Source of the DNA: an uncultured bacterium
Lineage (GTDB): Bacteria; Bacteroidota; Bacteroidia; Chitinophagales; UBA10324
Reading direction: 5' to 3'
Assembly (NCBI GenBank): GCA_963977675.1
Contig: CAXBPY010000002.1
Coordinates: 4,176-68,175, forward strand
DNA: 64,000 bases
The notes below the pieces were generated by a model. That model was not told the origin of the DNA. It worked only from the letters and a program-made list of their open reading frames with translations, and did no database searches. Position numbers and translations under genes: made by a program. Positions 1-9,720 of the stretch are shown here, in pieces. How positions within the stretch are numbered: the first letter of the stretch is position 1; the number at the start of each line of letters is the position of its first letter.

Positions 1-917
1 GTTTTCAAATCGGGCTGCTCAAATGTGAATGACGAAAAATTCTTGAAATCGAATCTTGGAAAATCTGATTTCAATCTATCCGGATAACCGAGCGCAAACT
101 GAATCGGAAGTTTCATATCGGGCAAACCGAGTTGTGCTTTCATGCTTCCATCCTGAAACTGAACGATGCTGTGAATAATGCTTTGCGGATGAACAATTAC
201 TTCAATCTGATTTGGATTTAATCCGAATAACCATTTTGCTTCTATCACTTCAAGGCCTTTATTCATAAGCGTAGCTGAGTCAATCGTGATCTTCGCACCC
301 ATATTCCAGTTCGGATGCCTGAGCGCCTGTTCTTTTTTTATGTACTGAAGTTCTTCTGTTTTTTTTCCTCTGAACGGACCGCCGGAAGCGGTGAGAATTA
401 TTTTCTCAATCTTATTGTGCCATTCACCAAGCAGGCATTGAAAAATGGCGCTGTGCTCCGAGTCAACCGGATAAATATTTACTCCATTCTCGCGTGCAAG
501 TTTGGTAATTAAATCTCCGGCCACCACCAGTGTTTCTTTATTTGCTAAAGCAATATTTTTTTTCGCTTTGATAGCAGCAACAGTTGATTTCAATCCTGCA
601 AAGCCGACCATTGCTGTCAATACAATATTTATATTTTCATTCCGAACACACTGTTCGACCGATTCACTTCCTGAAAAAACCTTTACAGGAAAATTCTGCA
701 ATGCGTTTTTTACATATTCACTTTTTGATTTATCACCAATTACAACTGTGGCCGGAAGAAATTTTTTTGCCTGGTCAATTAATAAATCCGCATTTGAATT
801 TGCAGTGAGCAGTTCGAGTTCAAAAACATTTTGATTCGCCGCAATCACCTCCAATGCCTGCGTTCCAATGGAGCCCGTGGACCCGAGAATAGCTACTGTG
901 CGTTTTTCCTTATCCAA
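1..917 (-). CDS. dxr: 1-deoxy-D-xylulose 5-phosphate reductoisomerase, 3-prime end cut by window edge
   Basis: Absent from the ORF track because there is no stop inside the window. My reverse translation from TTG at 917 reads (M)DKEKRTVAILGSTGSIGTQALEVI ... LANKETLVVAGDLI ... VDSEHSAIFQCL ... LTASGGPFRG ... HPNWNMGAKITIDSATLMNKGLEVIEAKWLF. These are classic Dxr NADPH-binding and catalytic motifs. Confidence 0.9.
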   Translation of the reverse strand, partial: MDKEKRTVAILGSTGSIGTQALEVIAANQNVFELELLTANSNADLLIDQAKKFLPATVVIGDKSKSEYVKNALQNFPVKVFSGSESVEQCVRNENINIVLTAMVGFAGLKSTVAAIKAKKNIALANKETLVVAGDLITKLARENGVNIYPVDSEHSAIFQCLLGEWHNKIEKIILTASGGPFRGKKTEELQYIKKEQALRHPNWNMGAKITIDSATLMNKGLEVIEAKWLFGLNPNQIEVIVHPQSIIHSIVQFQDGSMKAQLGLPDMKLPIQFALGYPDRLKSDFPRFDFKNFSSFTFEQPDLK

Positions 918-929
918 TTTTAAAAAGGA

Positions 930-1625
930 TTACTGAATTTCTATTTTAACAGTATTGGTGAATCGTGAATATCCGTCAGTGCCATCTACTTTTATGTTTT
1001 TAAAAATAAAAGAGTCTCCGGGCTTTGCGGCTTGCATCTGATTTCGAAGATCGGTTCCAAAAATATTTTTTGAGACATGATACATTTTGGAATTACCATC
1101 CGGAGGAAGATACTGAACATCATAGTCACCAAGGAACCAGCTGCTGTAAACCGGAAAAGACGGAACATAAACTCCAAGGTTATACATTTTCAAAAACTCT
1201 TCGCGGGTCATTTTGCCATTAACGATTGTATCGCCGATATAAGCAGTTGGGTCAGGTAACTGAAGGATATAGAAATCTTTTTGCCACAGAATGGAATCTT
1301 TTCCATTAACTAAATAATGAACGCTGATCCATGTGCGGTGATTATTCATACCGCCGGTAAAGTGAACGGAATATTCGAGTGCAGCTTTTGATTTATCCTT
1401 CATTGTGTCAAGTTGAAACTGCAAGCTATTTTTAGTGAAATGTTTCTGAACGGACCCATTCTCGGCCAGCAGGTCAATTGAAAAAGGATCTAAATTGGTC
1501 GTATACACATGAACATTTACCCCTGTGCCTCCAAAAAAAAATGGCTGATCAGTCACTACCGTAACTGATTGCGAAATTGATCTCTGAAAAATCAGCAGAA
1601 AAAGAATGATGAATTTAAATTTCAT
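930..1625 (-). CDS. hypothetical secreted protein
   Basis: 231-aa ORF with signal peptide MKFKFIILFLLIFQRSISQ. Its stop is 12 nt upstream of the dxr start on the same strand. No motif I can name. Confidence 0.6.
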   Translation of the reverse strand: MKFKFIILFLLIFQRSISQSVTVVTDQPFFFGGTGVNVHVYTTNLDPFSIDLLAENGSVQKHFTKNSLQFQLDTMKDKSKAALEYSVHFTGGMNNHRTWISVHYLVNGKDSILWQKDFYILQLPDPTAYIGDTIVNGKMTREEFLKMYNLGVYVPSFPVYSSWFLGDYDVQYLPPDGNSKMYHVSKNIFGTDLRNQMQAAKPGDSFIFKNIKVDGTDGYSRFTNTVKIEIQ

Positions 1626-1708
1626 GAAGAAGAATAAATCTTATCGGCAAATATGCGTTCAATCATTTTTAATTTTGAATAAGCAAGTAATTGATATTTG
1701 AATTCGAA

Positions 1709-2167
1709 ATGAGAAAATTATTTTCCGGAATGTTCATGATACTGGTTTTTGTTTCGTGTCACCGCAAGCAGATGATACAAACCAGCGGAATCAGCGCTGC
1801 TGGAAAAGATGACTTAACTGCAGCCTCTCCCAACTCCTGTGTTGTGGTGGCTGATGTTTTATCGATTTCTCCGGCTGACAGCACACTAACCGATTCATGG
1901 TGCGCTTTATTTCCATGCGAAGCAGTTATCAAGGTTTCAGAAATAAAACAATGCGGCAGTGCTTCCACCGGAGTAATAGACACGGACGCAGGAATCGAAG
2001 TTCATTTTGTTTTCACAACTGCTCCGTCAGAAAAAGTTGGCTCGGGTGTGCCGCTTTATCTTCCAGGATTAAAGGAAGGTGACCGCATTCTTACAACCCT
2101 TCATATCCATCCTTCGCTTGGCGGAGGAGTGGAATATTCAGTTTACAGTTACAAGATTTTGCAATAA
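1709..2167 (+). CDS. hypothetical lipoprotein
   Basis: Track ORF is 1691-2167. The ATG at 1709 gives MRKLFSGMFMILVFVSC with a lipobox-like VSC. An exact TAATTTTG (-7 type box) lies at 1670-1677. Confidence 0.55.
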   Translation: MRKLFSGMFMILVFVSCHRKQMIQTSGISAAGKDDLTAASPNSCVVVADVLSISPADSTLTDSWCALFPCEAVIKVSEIKQCGSASTGVIDTDAGIEVHFVFTTAPSEKVGSGVPLYLPGLKEGDRILTTLHIHPSLGGGVEYSVYSYKILQ

Positions 2168-2328
2168 ATATTTTTTAGTTTCAGGTGAAGATTTACTTGG
2201 GTATTTTTTCGATTGAAATTTTCAATCCAATATTTATCGTAACGCATTCAAATTGCAGGCAAATCAAATTTGAAAACATTATCAATCTTTTTTGAGTAAT
2301 ACGCTTTCAGCAGAAGCCAATCAATAAA

Positions 2329-3321
2329 TTAATTGTTCAACAAATTCCAGATCATTTCTTTCATCTTATCAATTCCGGTGCTTTTCCATGAAGAAATAAA
2401 TACATGAGGAATTTTTTTTGGCAATTCTTTTTTAATAAGTTTTTGCAATTCACCGTCTGCCATATCGCATTTTGTAATAACTAGCAAGCGCGGCTTGTGC
2501 AGCAATTCAGGGTTATAAAGTTCCAGTTCGTTGAGCAGAATTTCATATTCGTTTTTGATGTTGTTACAATCAACCGGAATTAAAAACAAAAGCATTGAAT
2601 TCCGTTCTATGTGTCTGAGAAATCGATGTCCTAAACCTTTTCCTTCATGAGCGCCTTCAATAATTCCGGGAAGATCAGCCATCACAAATGATTTATCATC
2701 TTTATAAGATACAATTCCAAGATTTGGAACCAGCGTTGTGAAAGGATAATTCGCTATCTCAGGCTTGGCGGCACTCACAACAGAGAGAAGTGTACTCTTA
2801 CCTGCATTCGGGAAACCTACCAATCCAACATCAGCAAGTAATTTTAATTCAAGAATTTTCCAGCCCTCTTCAAGTGGCTCACCAGGCTGAGCATAGCGTG
2901 GAGTCTGATTTGTAGGGCTTTTGAAATTATAATTTCCCAAACCACCGCGCCCGCCTTTCACCAGAATTTTTTCTTCGCCATCATTTGTTATTTCGAAAAG
3001 CACTTCATCGTGTTCAGCATCCTTAGCCACCGTTCCTAATGGAACTTCAAGAATAATATCCTTGCCGCTGGCACCTGTTCTTCTTGCACTGCCTCCATTC
3101 TCTCCGTTTTCTGCATGAATATGTTTTCGGTACTTAAGATGAAGTAAGGTCCAGAGTTGAGAATTGCCTCGAAGAATAATATGCGCACCGCGGCCTCCGT
3201 CTCCTCCATCGGGTCCACCTTTGGCTGTAAGTTTATCTTGACGGAAACCCACCTTGCCTGCACCACCAGCGCCGCTGCGGCAAAAAATTTTTACATAGTC
3301 AACAAAATTGCTGCCTTCCAA
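2329..3321 (-). CDS. obg: GTPase Obg
   Basis: 330 aa. Has the glycine-rich Obg fold ([32 protein letters not shown]), P-loop GFPNAGKST and G3 DLPGIIEGA. Lies 6 nt downstream of adk. Confidence 0.93.
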   Translation of the reverse strand: MEGSNFVDYVKIFCRSGAGGAGKVGFRQDKLTAKGGPDGGDGGRGAHIILRGNSQLWTLLHLKYRKHIHAENGENGGSARRTGASGKDIILEVPLGTVAKDAEHDEVLFEITNDGEEKILVKGGRGGLGNYNFKSPTNQTPRYAQPGEPLEEGWKILELKLLADVGLVGFPNAGKSTLLSVVSAAKPEIANYPFTTLVPNLGIVSYKDDKSFVMADLPGIIEGAHEGKGLGHRFLRHIERNSMLLFLIPVDCNNIKNEYEILLNELELYNPELLHKPRLLVITKCDMADGELQKLIKKELPKKIPHVFISSWKSTGIDKMKEMIWNLLNN

Positions 3322-3327
3322 ATCAGA

Positions 3328-3909
3328 TTAAGCAAGTTGGTTAATTTCTTCACAGAGCTTGTTGAATATTTCATCAACTGACCCAACACCATTAATCTCT
3401 ACAAATTTTTTCTGCTTGTCATAAAATGATTTGAGTGGTGAGGTTTGTTCACTGTAAACATGAAGCCGGTGACGAACTACTTCTTCATTAGCATCATCAG
3501 TTCTTCCGCTGGTTTGTCCTCGTTTTATCAGGCGGCGGACAAGTTCATTTTCATCTACTTCAAGAGATAGAACAATAGTGACCGGTGTACGGCGGTTATC
3601 TAAAAAATGATCAAGGGCTTCAGCCTGTGGAACTGTTCTGGGAAACCCATCGAAAATAATTCCGCGTGTAAGCTCTGTTGTATGTTCATATACAAACCCT
3701 GCCAGCATTCGAATGGTTACATCATCGGGAACCAGTACTCCTTTATCAAGATAACTTTTTGCTTCCAAGCCAAGTGGAGTTTGGTGAGCAATTTCACTTC
3801 TGAAAATATCACCGGTACTTATATGGAGCAGGTTAAATTGATCCTTAAGCATTGCTGCCTGAGTTCCTTTTCCGCTGCCCGGCGGTCCAAATAAAATTAT
3901 GTTAAGCAT
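3328..3909 (-). CDS. adk: adenylate kinase (short LID, no zinc knuckle)
   Basis: 193 aa. P-loop GPPGSGKGTQA, ISTGDIFR, DGFPRT, and a LID segment GRTDDANEEVVRHRL without Cys4. Confidence 0.93.
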   Translation of the reverse strand: MLNIILFGPPGSGKGTQAAMLKDQFNLLHISTGDIFRSEIAHQTPLGLEAKSYLDKGVLVPDDVTIRMLAGFVYEHTTELTRGIIFDGFPRTVPQAEALDHFLDNRRTPVTIVLSLEVDENELVRRLIKRGQTSGRTDDANEEVVRHRLHVYSEQTSPLKSFYDKQKKFVEINGVGSVDEIFNKLCEEINQLA

Positions 3910-3929
3910 TAGTGATTACTGGTGGTGCG

Positions 3930-3960
3930 CAAATGTGATTACACAATCTGAATATTCAAA
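3930..3960 (-). promoter_or_regulatory. Bacteroidota-type promoter for the adk-obg operon
   Basis: The minus strand reads TTTG-aatattcagattgtgtaat(19 nt)-CACATTTG, then 20 nt to the adk ATG. This matches the TTTG-N19-TAnnTTTG consensus with one mismatch. Confidence 0.5.
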
Positions 3961-4195
3961 CGAACGCTATGATTTTTAAAGCATTGAATAAATTTTATAT
4001 GCAAAACCTGTAACTATGTTCGATTTTGCCATTATTTTTTCAATGATTTCAATCATCAAAAAAATAGTCAGTTGTAGTGTTATCATTGCAAAAACTATAG
4101 ATGGATTTGAAAGAAGATGAAATTAGTTTCACCCATGCAATACAATTTAGAATTTTGGTTCGTTTAATTCAAAACCAATCACCAACCCCGACTTA

Positions 4196-5296
4196 ATGAT
4201 AATTCACGAAGAAAATTTCCAGTGCAGAAAGGTTTCGTTTAACCATGGCTCAAATGAGTTTTATACTGTGGTAAAAAACCGTGTTCATGAATATTTTACT
4301 TCAAAAAAAATTTCAACCCATTTCGATTATCGAATGGTCCTTAAGACGATAATTATTCTATCAGTTTATTTCGGGAGCTATGCAATTTTGTTTACTGGTT
4401 GGCTATCTCCCTGGCAAATGTGGGGCATTTGCCTTCTTATAGGAATTTGTACGGCCGGTCTTGGATTTTCTGTAGCTCATGATGCCATACATGGTGCCTA
4501 TTCATCTAATCCAAGGGTAAACGAATTGATTGGCTTTACAATGAATCTGATTGGCGGAAATAAATATGTGTGGAGTATTACTCACAATATCATTCATCAT
4601 ACCTATACCAACATTCACGGGATTGATGAAGACCTCGAAGTTTTTCCTGCCGCAATCAGAATGAGCAAAAACATGAAGAGAACTCCGATTCATCGCATTC
4701 AGCATATCACCGCATTTTTTCTTTATGGCTTTGCAGTTATTTTTTGGGTACTGATTAAGGACTTCAAAAAAATTTCTCAGAAAAATATAGGCCCTTATAA
4801 GGTTAAGAAACATCCAAGAAAAGAACTTGTCTTATTGTTCATTACTAAAATTATTTACTACACCTATATCTTTTTTATTCCATTGTATTTTCTTCAATTG
4901 GCCTGGTGGCAATTTTTAATCGGTTACCTCACAGTTTATTTAACTGCAGGAATGATTCTGGGTGTGGTATTTCAACTTGCTCATGTAGTTGAAGATTTGG
5001 ATACTCCAGTCCCTACTGAAGAAGGAGTGATTGATAATAACTGGGCTATTCATCAAATGCATACCACGGCAAACTTTGCGATGAATAACCGCATAGTTAA
5101 TTGGTTTGTTGGCGGGTTAAATTTTCAGGTAGAACATCACCTTTTTCCTAAGGTTTGCCATATTCATTATCCGGCAATAAGTAAAATTGTTCAACAGACC
5201 GCTCATGAGTTTAATGTTCCATACCACTATCATCCAACTTTATCAAGAGCAATAAACTCTCACTATAAAACGCTGCGCCAGCTGGGCAGGGCCTGA
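4196..5296 (+). CDS. membrane fatty acid desaturase family protein
   Basis: 366 aa. Three His boxes (HDAIHG, HNIIHHTYTN, QVEHHLFP) between hydrophobic spans. No fused cytochrome b5. Confidence 0.85.
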   Translation: MIIHEENFQCRKVSFNHGSNEFYTVVKNRVHEYFTSKKISTHFDYRMVLKTIIILSVYFGSYAILFTGWLSPWQMWGICLLIGICTAGLGFSVAHDAIHGAYSSNPRVNELIGFTMNLIGGNKYVWSITHNIIHHTYTNIHGIDEDLEVFPAAIRMSKNMKRTPIHRIQHITAFFLYGFAVIFWVLIKDFKKISQKNIGPYKVKKHPRKELVLLFITKIIYYTYIFFIPLYFLQLAWWQFLIGYLTVYLTAGMILGVVFQLAHVVEDLDTPVPTEEGVIDNNWAIHQMHTTANFAMNNRIVNWFVGGLNFQVEHHLFPKVCHIHYPAISKIVQQTAHEFNVPYHYHPTLSRAINSHYKTLRQLGRA

Positions 5297-5409
5297 TTAT
5301 CTATCTCTCTTTTTATAATTGAAAACCGCTTGCAAAAATTCTTCGCAACCGAAGAAGTTATGCGAAATGTGTTTTTACATTTATAGAATCAAACAAAAAC
5401 ATTACAGTT

Positions 5410-7266
5410 ATGAAGAAAAAAATTTTTGCGGCACTCATTACTCTTATTTGCGGATACCGGTCCATTGCTCAGTTACCATTCACCCAATCAACTGTTATAT
5501 CAGGGTTGAATATGCCTGTAGCATTTGCCATTGCTCCTAATGATGGGAGATTTTTTGTTACGCTTAAAGCGGGAACAATAGTGGTTTACGCTTCAACCGG
5601 ATCATTGATTGGAACATTTTATAGTTTGAATGATTCGACTTATAACAATTTTGAAAGAGGGTTGTTGGGAATTTGTTTCGATCCGGATTACAGTACAAAT
5701 AAGTATGTATATGCATACTATGTGCATCGGTGGCCAAACAATTCTAACGGTGTGCAACAACTTCGTGTAATCAGATTTACTGATAACAATAATGTTGGTG
5801 GAAGTCCGACAATAATTTTTGCTCAAACAGTTTCAAATTCAATTCCTGGAAATCATGTGGGAGGAAATATCAGGTTCCGTCCTTCAGATGGAAAACTATA
5901 TATATCCATTGGAGAATTAGCCACTCCATCAAATGCACAGTCATTGACTAACCCTTTTGGAAAAATTCTTCGCATCAATAAAGATGGAACCATACCAATC
6001 GACAATCCATTCTATGACAATGGCAACCCATCAGTTGGAAATGATGATCGTATTTGGGAATATGGTCATCGTAATCCATTTGATTTCACATTCGGCCCAA
6101 ATGATTCACTTTATATTTCAGAGAACGGAGAAAACACGCAAGATGAAATGAATCTGGGAAGAAGAGGCGGTAATTATGGATGGCAAACCTGTGAAGGAAA
6201 CAATGTTTACGGGACAAATAATCCATGCAACTTTCCAAACCTCATTAATCCGCTGACAGTCTGGACCGCCCCACTGAATGGAATAACCGGAATTATTTTT
6301 TACAATGGATGCATGTTTCCTGAGTATAAAAATCACATCATCATAGGAAATAATGATGTAGGAGAAATCTGGGATTGCATACTTGGAAATGCTCCTGCTT
6401 ATAGTTCTGTTACCAGTAAATCTTTAATCACTGATCTAACTTCAAGCGGGGGGCTTACTACACTAGCTCAAGGTAGTGATGGTTCCATTTACGCTATGAA
6501 TGGCGGCTACACCACCTCAGGAAACATTTATAAATTATCAAGAACAATTTCGCCAACTATAACTGCGGGCGGACCAACTTCTTTTTGTGCCGGATCAAAT
6601 GTTGTCCTCAATGCTTCACCTGCCGGTTATTCATATCAATGGTATAGAAACAATATTTTAATTGCAGGGGCAACCAATATTTCGTATCAAACCGGAACAA
6701 CCGGAACTTACAAAGTCATGATCTGTAACAACTCGAGCAATACAATTCATGTGACTTCATACACTAACCCAACTTCTACAATTTCGCCTTCTGTTTCTCC
6801 TCAGTATATCTGCAGTGGATCTTCCATCGTTTTTAATGCAAATACCGGAACAGGTTTGACTTATCAGTGGAAAAAGAATGGCACATCAATTTCCGGAGCT
6901 ACTAATAGCAGTTACACTGCAACCTCTGCAGGAATTTACAAAGTACTTGTAACTAATTCTAACGGTTGCACCAAGAATTCGAATCAGGTGAAAGTGATTA
7001 TTCAAACCTGTAAAGAAGAGATGGATGCTGAATCAAATTCTGAAATTTCTCCGAATCCATTTACAACAGAATTCAGAATCACATTTCCGAAAGATGAAAT
7101 TTATGGAATTTGTATTTATGATTTATCCGGAAGAAAATTAATTGAAGCGCAACAATTAAATGGTGAATACTCTTTTGGAAAAGAATTATCTGATGGCGTA
7201 TACCTTTTGCAAATCATAAATTCTTCAGGTGCAACTTCAGTAAAACGAATTGTTAAATTGAATTGA
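5410..7266 (+). CDS. PQQ-dependent sugar (glucose/sorbosone-type) dehydrogenase with Ig-like modules and T9SS C-terminal sorting domain
   Basis: 618 aa with a signal peptide. Propeller signatures GLLGICFDPDY, EYGHRNPFDFTF and GGNYGWQTCEG, plus two Cys-containing Ig-like modules. The C-terminus SPNPFTTEFRITF...GVYLLQIINSSGATSVKRIVKLN is typical of T9SS cargo. Confidence 0.8.
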   Translation: MKKKIFAALITLICGYRSIAQLPFTQSTVISGLNMPVAFAIAPNDGRFFVTLKAGTIVVYASTGSLIGTFYSLNDSTYNNFERGLLGICFDPDYSTNKYVYAYYVHRWPNNSNGVQQLRVIRFTDNNNVGGSPTIIFAQTVSNSIPGNHVGGNIRFRPSDGKLYISIGELATPSNAQSLTNPFGKILRINKDGTIPIDNPFYDNGNPSVGNDDRIWEYGHRNPFDFTFGPNDSLYISENGENTQDEMNLGRRGGNYGWQTCEGNNVYGTNNPCNFPNLINPLTVWTAPLNGITGIIFYNGCMFPEYKNHIIIGNNDVGEIWDCILGNAPAYSSVTSKSLITDLTSSGGLTTLAQGSDGSIYAMNGGYTTSGNIYKLSRTISPTITAGGPTSFCAGSNVVLNASPAGYSYQWYRNNILIAGATNISYQTGTTGTYKVMICNNSSNTIHVTSYTNPTSTISPSVSPQYICSGSSIVFNANTGTGLTYQWKKNGTSISGATNSSYTATSAGIYKVLVTNSNGCTKNSNQVKVIIQTCKEEMDAESNSEISPNPFTTEFRITFPKDEIYGICIYDLSGRKLIEAQQLNGEYSFGKELSDGVYLLQIINSSGATSVKRIVKLN

Positions 7267-7288
7267 GAAAATTTTTAATCAAAAAAAA

Positions 7289-7316
7289 CCTCGCAGTTTT
7301 TACTGCGAGGTTTTTT
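7289..7316. terminator. bidirectional intrinsic terminator
   Basis: Stem cctcgcag (7289-7296) pairs with ctgcgagg (7303-7310), loop ttttta. An A-run lies upstream and a T-run downstream. It sits between convergent genes ending at 7266 and 7332. Confidence 0.8.
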
Positions 7317-7331
7317 ATTTATGATTTGTGA

Positions 7332-8066
7332 TTACCACAAACCGCTGAAAACTTTCTGAATAAGAGAACTTGCATATGCCATCGGATCCTTTCTGATATT
7401 ACCTTCTTCCTGTGCAACCATGTAGAAAAGTCCGTCAAGTGCTTTCTGGGTGACATAAGAGGTAAGATCAGGATTCACTTTAGTAACGAATGGAATCTTA
7501 TTGTAGGTATCAAAAACCTGCTTCCAATATTTTGTTGCTTCAGTTTTGTCAAGTTCCTGTTGAATGATGGGCTTAAATGCCTCAGTCAATTTTGCTGTTG
7601 TATTTTTTTTCAGGTATTGGGTCGCTGCATCCTGAGGGCCTTTTATGATATTGACAGCATCCACAATACTCATGGATTTTATTGCATCGACAAAAATCGG
7701 TTTTGACTTTTGCCCGGCTTGTTCGGCAGCGCGGTTCATTCGCAGAATGGCGTCATCTACTAAATTTCCCATACCTAAAGCGCGAAGTTTTGTTTCTACT
7801 TCTTTCGCTTCAGGTGGCATTAAAATTTTGATAGCAGTATTCTTGAAATAACCATCAGTCTTTGAAACTTTGTCTGCACCCTTACCAACCCCAATATTCA
7901 GAGCTTCTTTCAAACCGCTGACCATTTCATCATTTGTCGGCTTTTTATTATTAGAATTTCCTGTTGAAGAAGGAACATTAATGGTCTTGCTTCCGATTTT
8001 TATCTGGGCGCAGCTAATAATCGGATAGAAAACAACAAGGAATAAAAAGGCTTTTAAGATTTTCAT
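7332..8066 (-). CDS. DUF4197-like secreted protein
   Basis: 244 aa. Signal/lipobox region ...ISCAQ. The pattern GLKEALNIGVGKGADKV...IKILMPPEA...MNRAAEQA...YVTQKALDGLFYMVAQEEGNIRKDP matches my recollection of DUF4197. Confidence 0.6.
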   Translation of the reverse strand: MKILKAFLFLVVFYPIISCAQIKIGSKTINVPSSTGNSNNKKPTNDEMVSGLKEALNIGVGKGADKVSKTDGYFKNTAIKILMPPEAKEVETKLRALGMGNLVDDAILRMNRAAEQAGQKSKPIFVDAIKSMSIVDAVNIIKGPQDAATQYLKKNTTAKLTEAFKPIIQQELDKTEATKYWKQVFDTYNKIPFVTKVNPDLTSYVTQKALDGLFYMVAQEEGNIRKDPMAYASSLIQKVFSGLW

Positions 8067-8081
8067 TTTAAAAAATTTTAG

Positions 8082-8106
8082 TTGGCAAAGTCAAATGTTT
8101 TGCCAA
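8082..8106 (-). terminator. hairpin downstream of the 8155-9663 gene
   Basis: ttggcaaa (8082-8089) pairs with tttgccaa (8099-8106). On the minus strand a T-run follows a few nt later. Confidence 0.4.
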
Positions 8107-8154
8107 ATAAATAAAACAGAATGAATAAACAGATTTTAAAACACAATAATGGAT

Positions 8155-9663
8155 TCATTTCTTCTCCACTCGCTCTAAGCCGGCCTTTGCCTTTGAGTCA
8201 AGCGAATTTTTATAGTCCACATTTTTCATAGCAATGCATTTATGAAAATACTCTGCAGCTTTCTTGTTGTTTTTTTGTTCTTCGTAAATCAAAGCTGACT
8301 GAAGTGCGGCATTTGCTGCGAAGTAATACGGATATTTTTCGCCCCGGTCAATCGTCCATTGAAAATATTGAAGCGCTTTTGTTAAATCTTTTTTTTCCTG
8401 AAATATTCTTCCGGCCCTGTATGTAAACTCAATCTTATCTTTCATGGAAAGGAAATCGTCAGAAGATTTGCCGCTTAGCATACTTAAGGCCTTATCATAA
8501 TACCCGCCATCCTGGGTTAATCTTACTTTAAGCAAAAAAATATTGGGCTCAATTCCATTTTCCGCTTCTGCCTTAGCCTGCTTATCAGAGTCAGTCAATT
8601 CAGTGCCGACTGTTTTACAAAATGCCAGATAGTAATTGTACTTTGTTTCATTCTGCTGTAGAAGCCAGTACCAGGCAAGTTTCTGGTAGGCATCCTTCAA
8701 ATAATTTCTCCCCTTAAATTCCTTTATAAATTTTTCAAGCGGAACATTTGCGTCAGAATCAAGCCTATTCATCCTGCACATGCCTAGCATATAATCAATG
8801 TAATGAAATGGCATGTATTCACTATTTACCGGTGCAGATGAAAATGTTTCGATAGCTACATCATTCAGTCCGTTTTTTATTGCCATGTGGCCTCGCATAT
8901 AGCAAGCAAGCAAATCCTTTCTGTAATCTGGAAAATCATTTTGAGTGACAATGTTCCATGACTCCTTTGGATTACTCATGATCATCATTTGCAAGTAAGC
9001 ATAAATATATTTTGTCTCGCGCGTAAACAGATAAGGCGTCTGTTTTCCGTGCTCGAGCACATCGTTGAGCTCATTCATTCCTTGTTCTATTGTTCCGCTG
9101 AAACCAAGAAAAGAAGCTGCCCATTTGTAACTGTCCGGAACCGCTCCTATTAACGCATGCACTAATCCGAGGCTTTTTTTATTAGCTGTGAAATTTGGAA
9201 ATTTTTCTTCATTAGTGGTTAGCTGATTGTAAGCTTTTTTGATTTCGAAAAAAGCAGTGTAATACTGTTCAAACTTCAGGTGAACTAATGCCCACTGAAG
9301 GTTCACTTCAGCTTGAGTGTATAAATACCAGGGAGATTCCTCGCTTCCGCCGGAAAGGGCATTTAGTCTTTTTTCCTTATTGCCTTCTAGTTTAGAAAGC
9401 TCGTCAGAATTTTCATTTATAGTGAGAAGAAAAAAATCAGAATAGTTCTCAATGAAATCCGGCATCAGGTTATCAGGATTTTCTTTTCGTTCCTGGGCCA
9501 GATATTTTTTTCCTTCCTCCAATTTCAAACTCATCATACTGTAATAGGCGAGCTGGCAGTTTTTTCCGAAAGCAAATTTTTTTTCGGCAAAAAGATCCTC
9601 GCATTTCAATACAAAAGTCAAGAGAAGAAAAACTGCGAATAATTTTCTTGGTGACAGTGTCAT
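8155..9663 (-). CDS. TPR-like repeat protein, secreted
   Basis: 502 aa. N-terminal hydrophobic signal MTLSPRKLFAVFLLLTFVLKC. The C-terminal part has TPR-like helical repeats (ALQYFQWTIDRGEKYPYYFAANAALQSALIYEEQKNNKKAAEYFHKCI). Confidence 0.6.
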   Translation of the reverse strand: MTLSPRKLFAVFLLLTFVLKCEDLFAEKKFAFGKNCQLAYYSMMSLKLEEGKKYLAQERKENPDNLMPDFIENYSDFFLLTINENSDELSKLEGNKEKRLNALSGGSEESPWYLYTQAEVNLQWALVHLKFEQYYTAFFEIKKAYNQLTTNEEKFPNFTANKKSLGLVHALIGAVPDSYKWAASFLGFSGTIEQGMNELNDVLEHGKQTPYLFTRETKYIYAYLQMMIMSNPKESWNIVTQNDFPDYRKDLLACYMRGHMAIKNGLNDVAIETFSSAPVNSEYMPFHYIDYMLGMCRMNRLDSDANVPLEKFIKEFKGRNYLKDAYQKLAWYWLLQQNETKYNYYLAFCKTVGTELTDSDKQAKAEAENGIEPNIFLLKVRLTQDGGYYDKALSMLSGKSSDDFLSMKDKIEFTYRAGRIFQEKKDLTKALQYFQWTIDRGEKYPYYFAANAALQSALIYEEQKNNKKAAEYFHKCIAMKNVDYKNSLDSKAKAGLERVEKK

Positions 9664-9670
9664 AAAATAA

Positions 9671-9696
9671 ATCAGCCCTTCAATTGAAGGGCTGAT
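9671..9696 (-). terminator. intrinsic terminator after the NIF3/zinc-ribbon operon
   Basis: Perfect 11-bp stem atcagcccttc/gaagggctgat with loop aatt. On the minus strand it is followed by ttatttt, which runs into the next ATG at 9663. Confidence 0.7.
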
Positions 9697-9720
9697 AAAA
9701 TTAATTTGAACAATTGAAAA

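Noticed and set aside
2211-2227. 17-nt palindrome gattgaaaTtttcaatc between convergent genes (2167 / 2329).
   Set aside because: A hairpin is possible, but the stem is AT-rich, the loop is minimal, and the T-run lies on the wrong side for either strand. That is not enough to call a terminator.
4035-4064. Imperfect hairpin ttttttcaatgat-ttca-atcatcaaaaaaa with flanking T and A runs.
   Set aside because: It looks like a bidirectional terminator, but both flanking genes diverge from this region, so there is nothing to terminate. It has two central mismatches and an almost pure A/T stem.
4016-4120. 34-codon hydrophobic small ORF (MFDFAIIFSMISIIKKIVSCSVIIAKTIDGFERR) in the 286-nt adk/desaturase divergent region, on the same strand as the desaturase.
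   Set aside because: It is too short to support from sequence alone in AT-rich DNA. No conservation or expression evidence is available. I record it only as something Ribo-seq could test.
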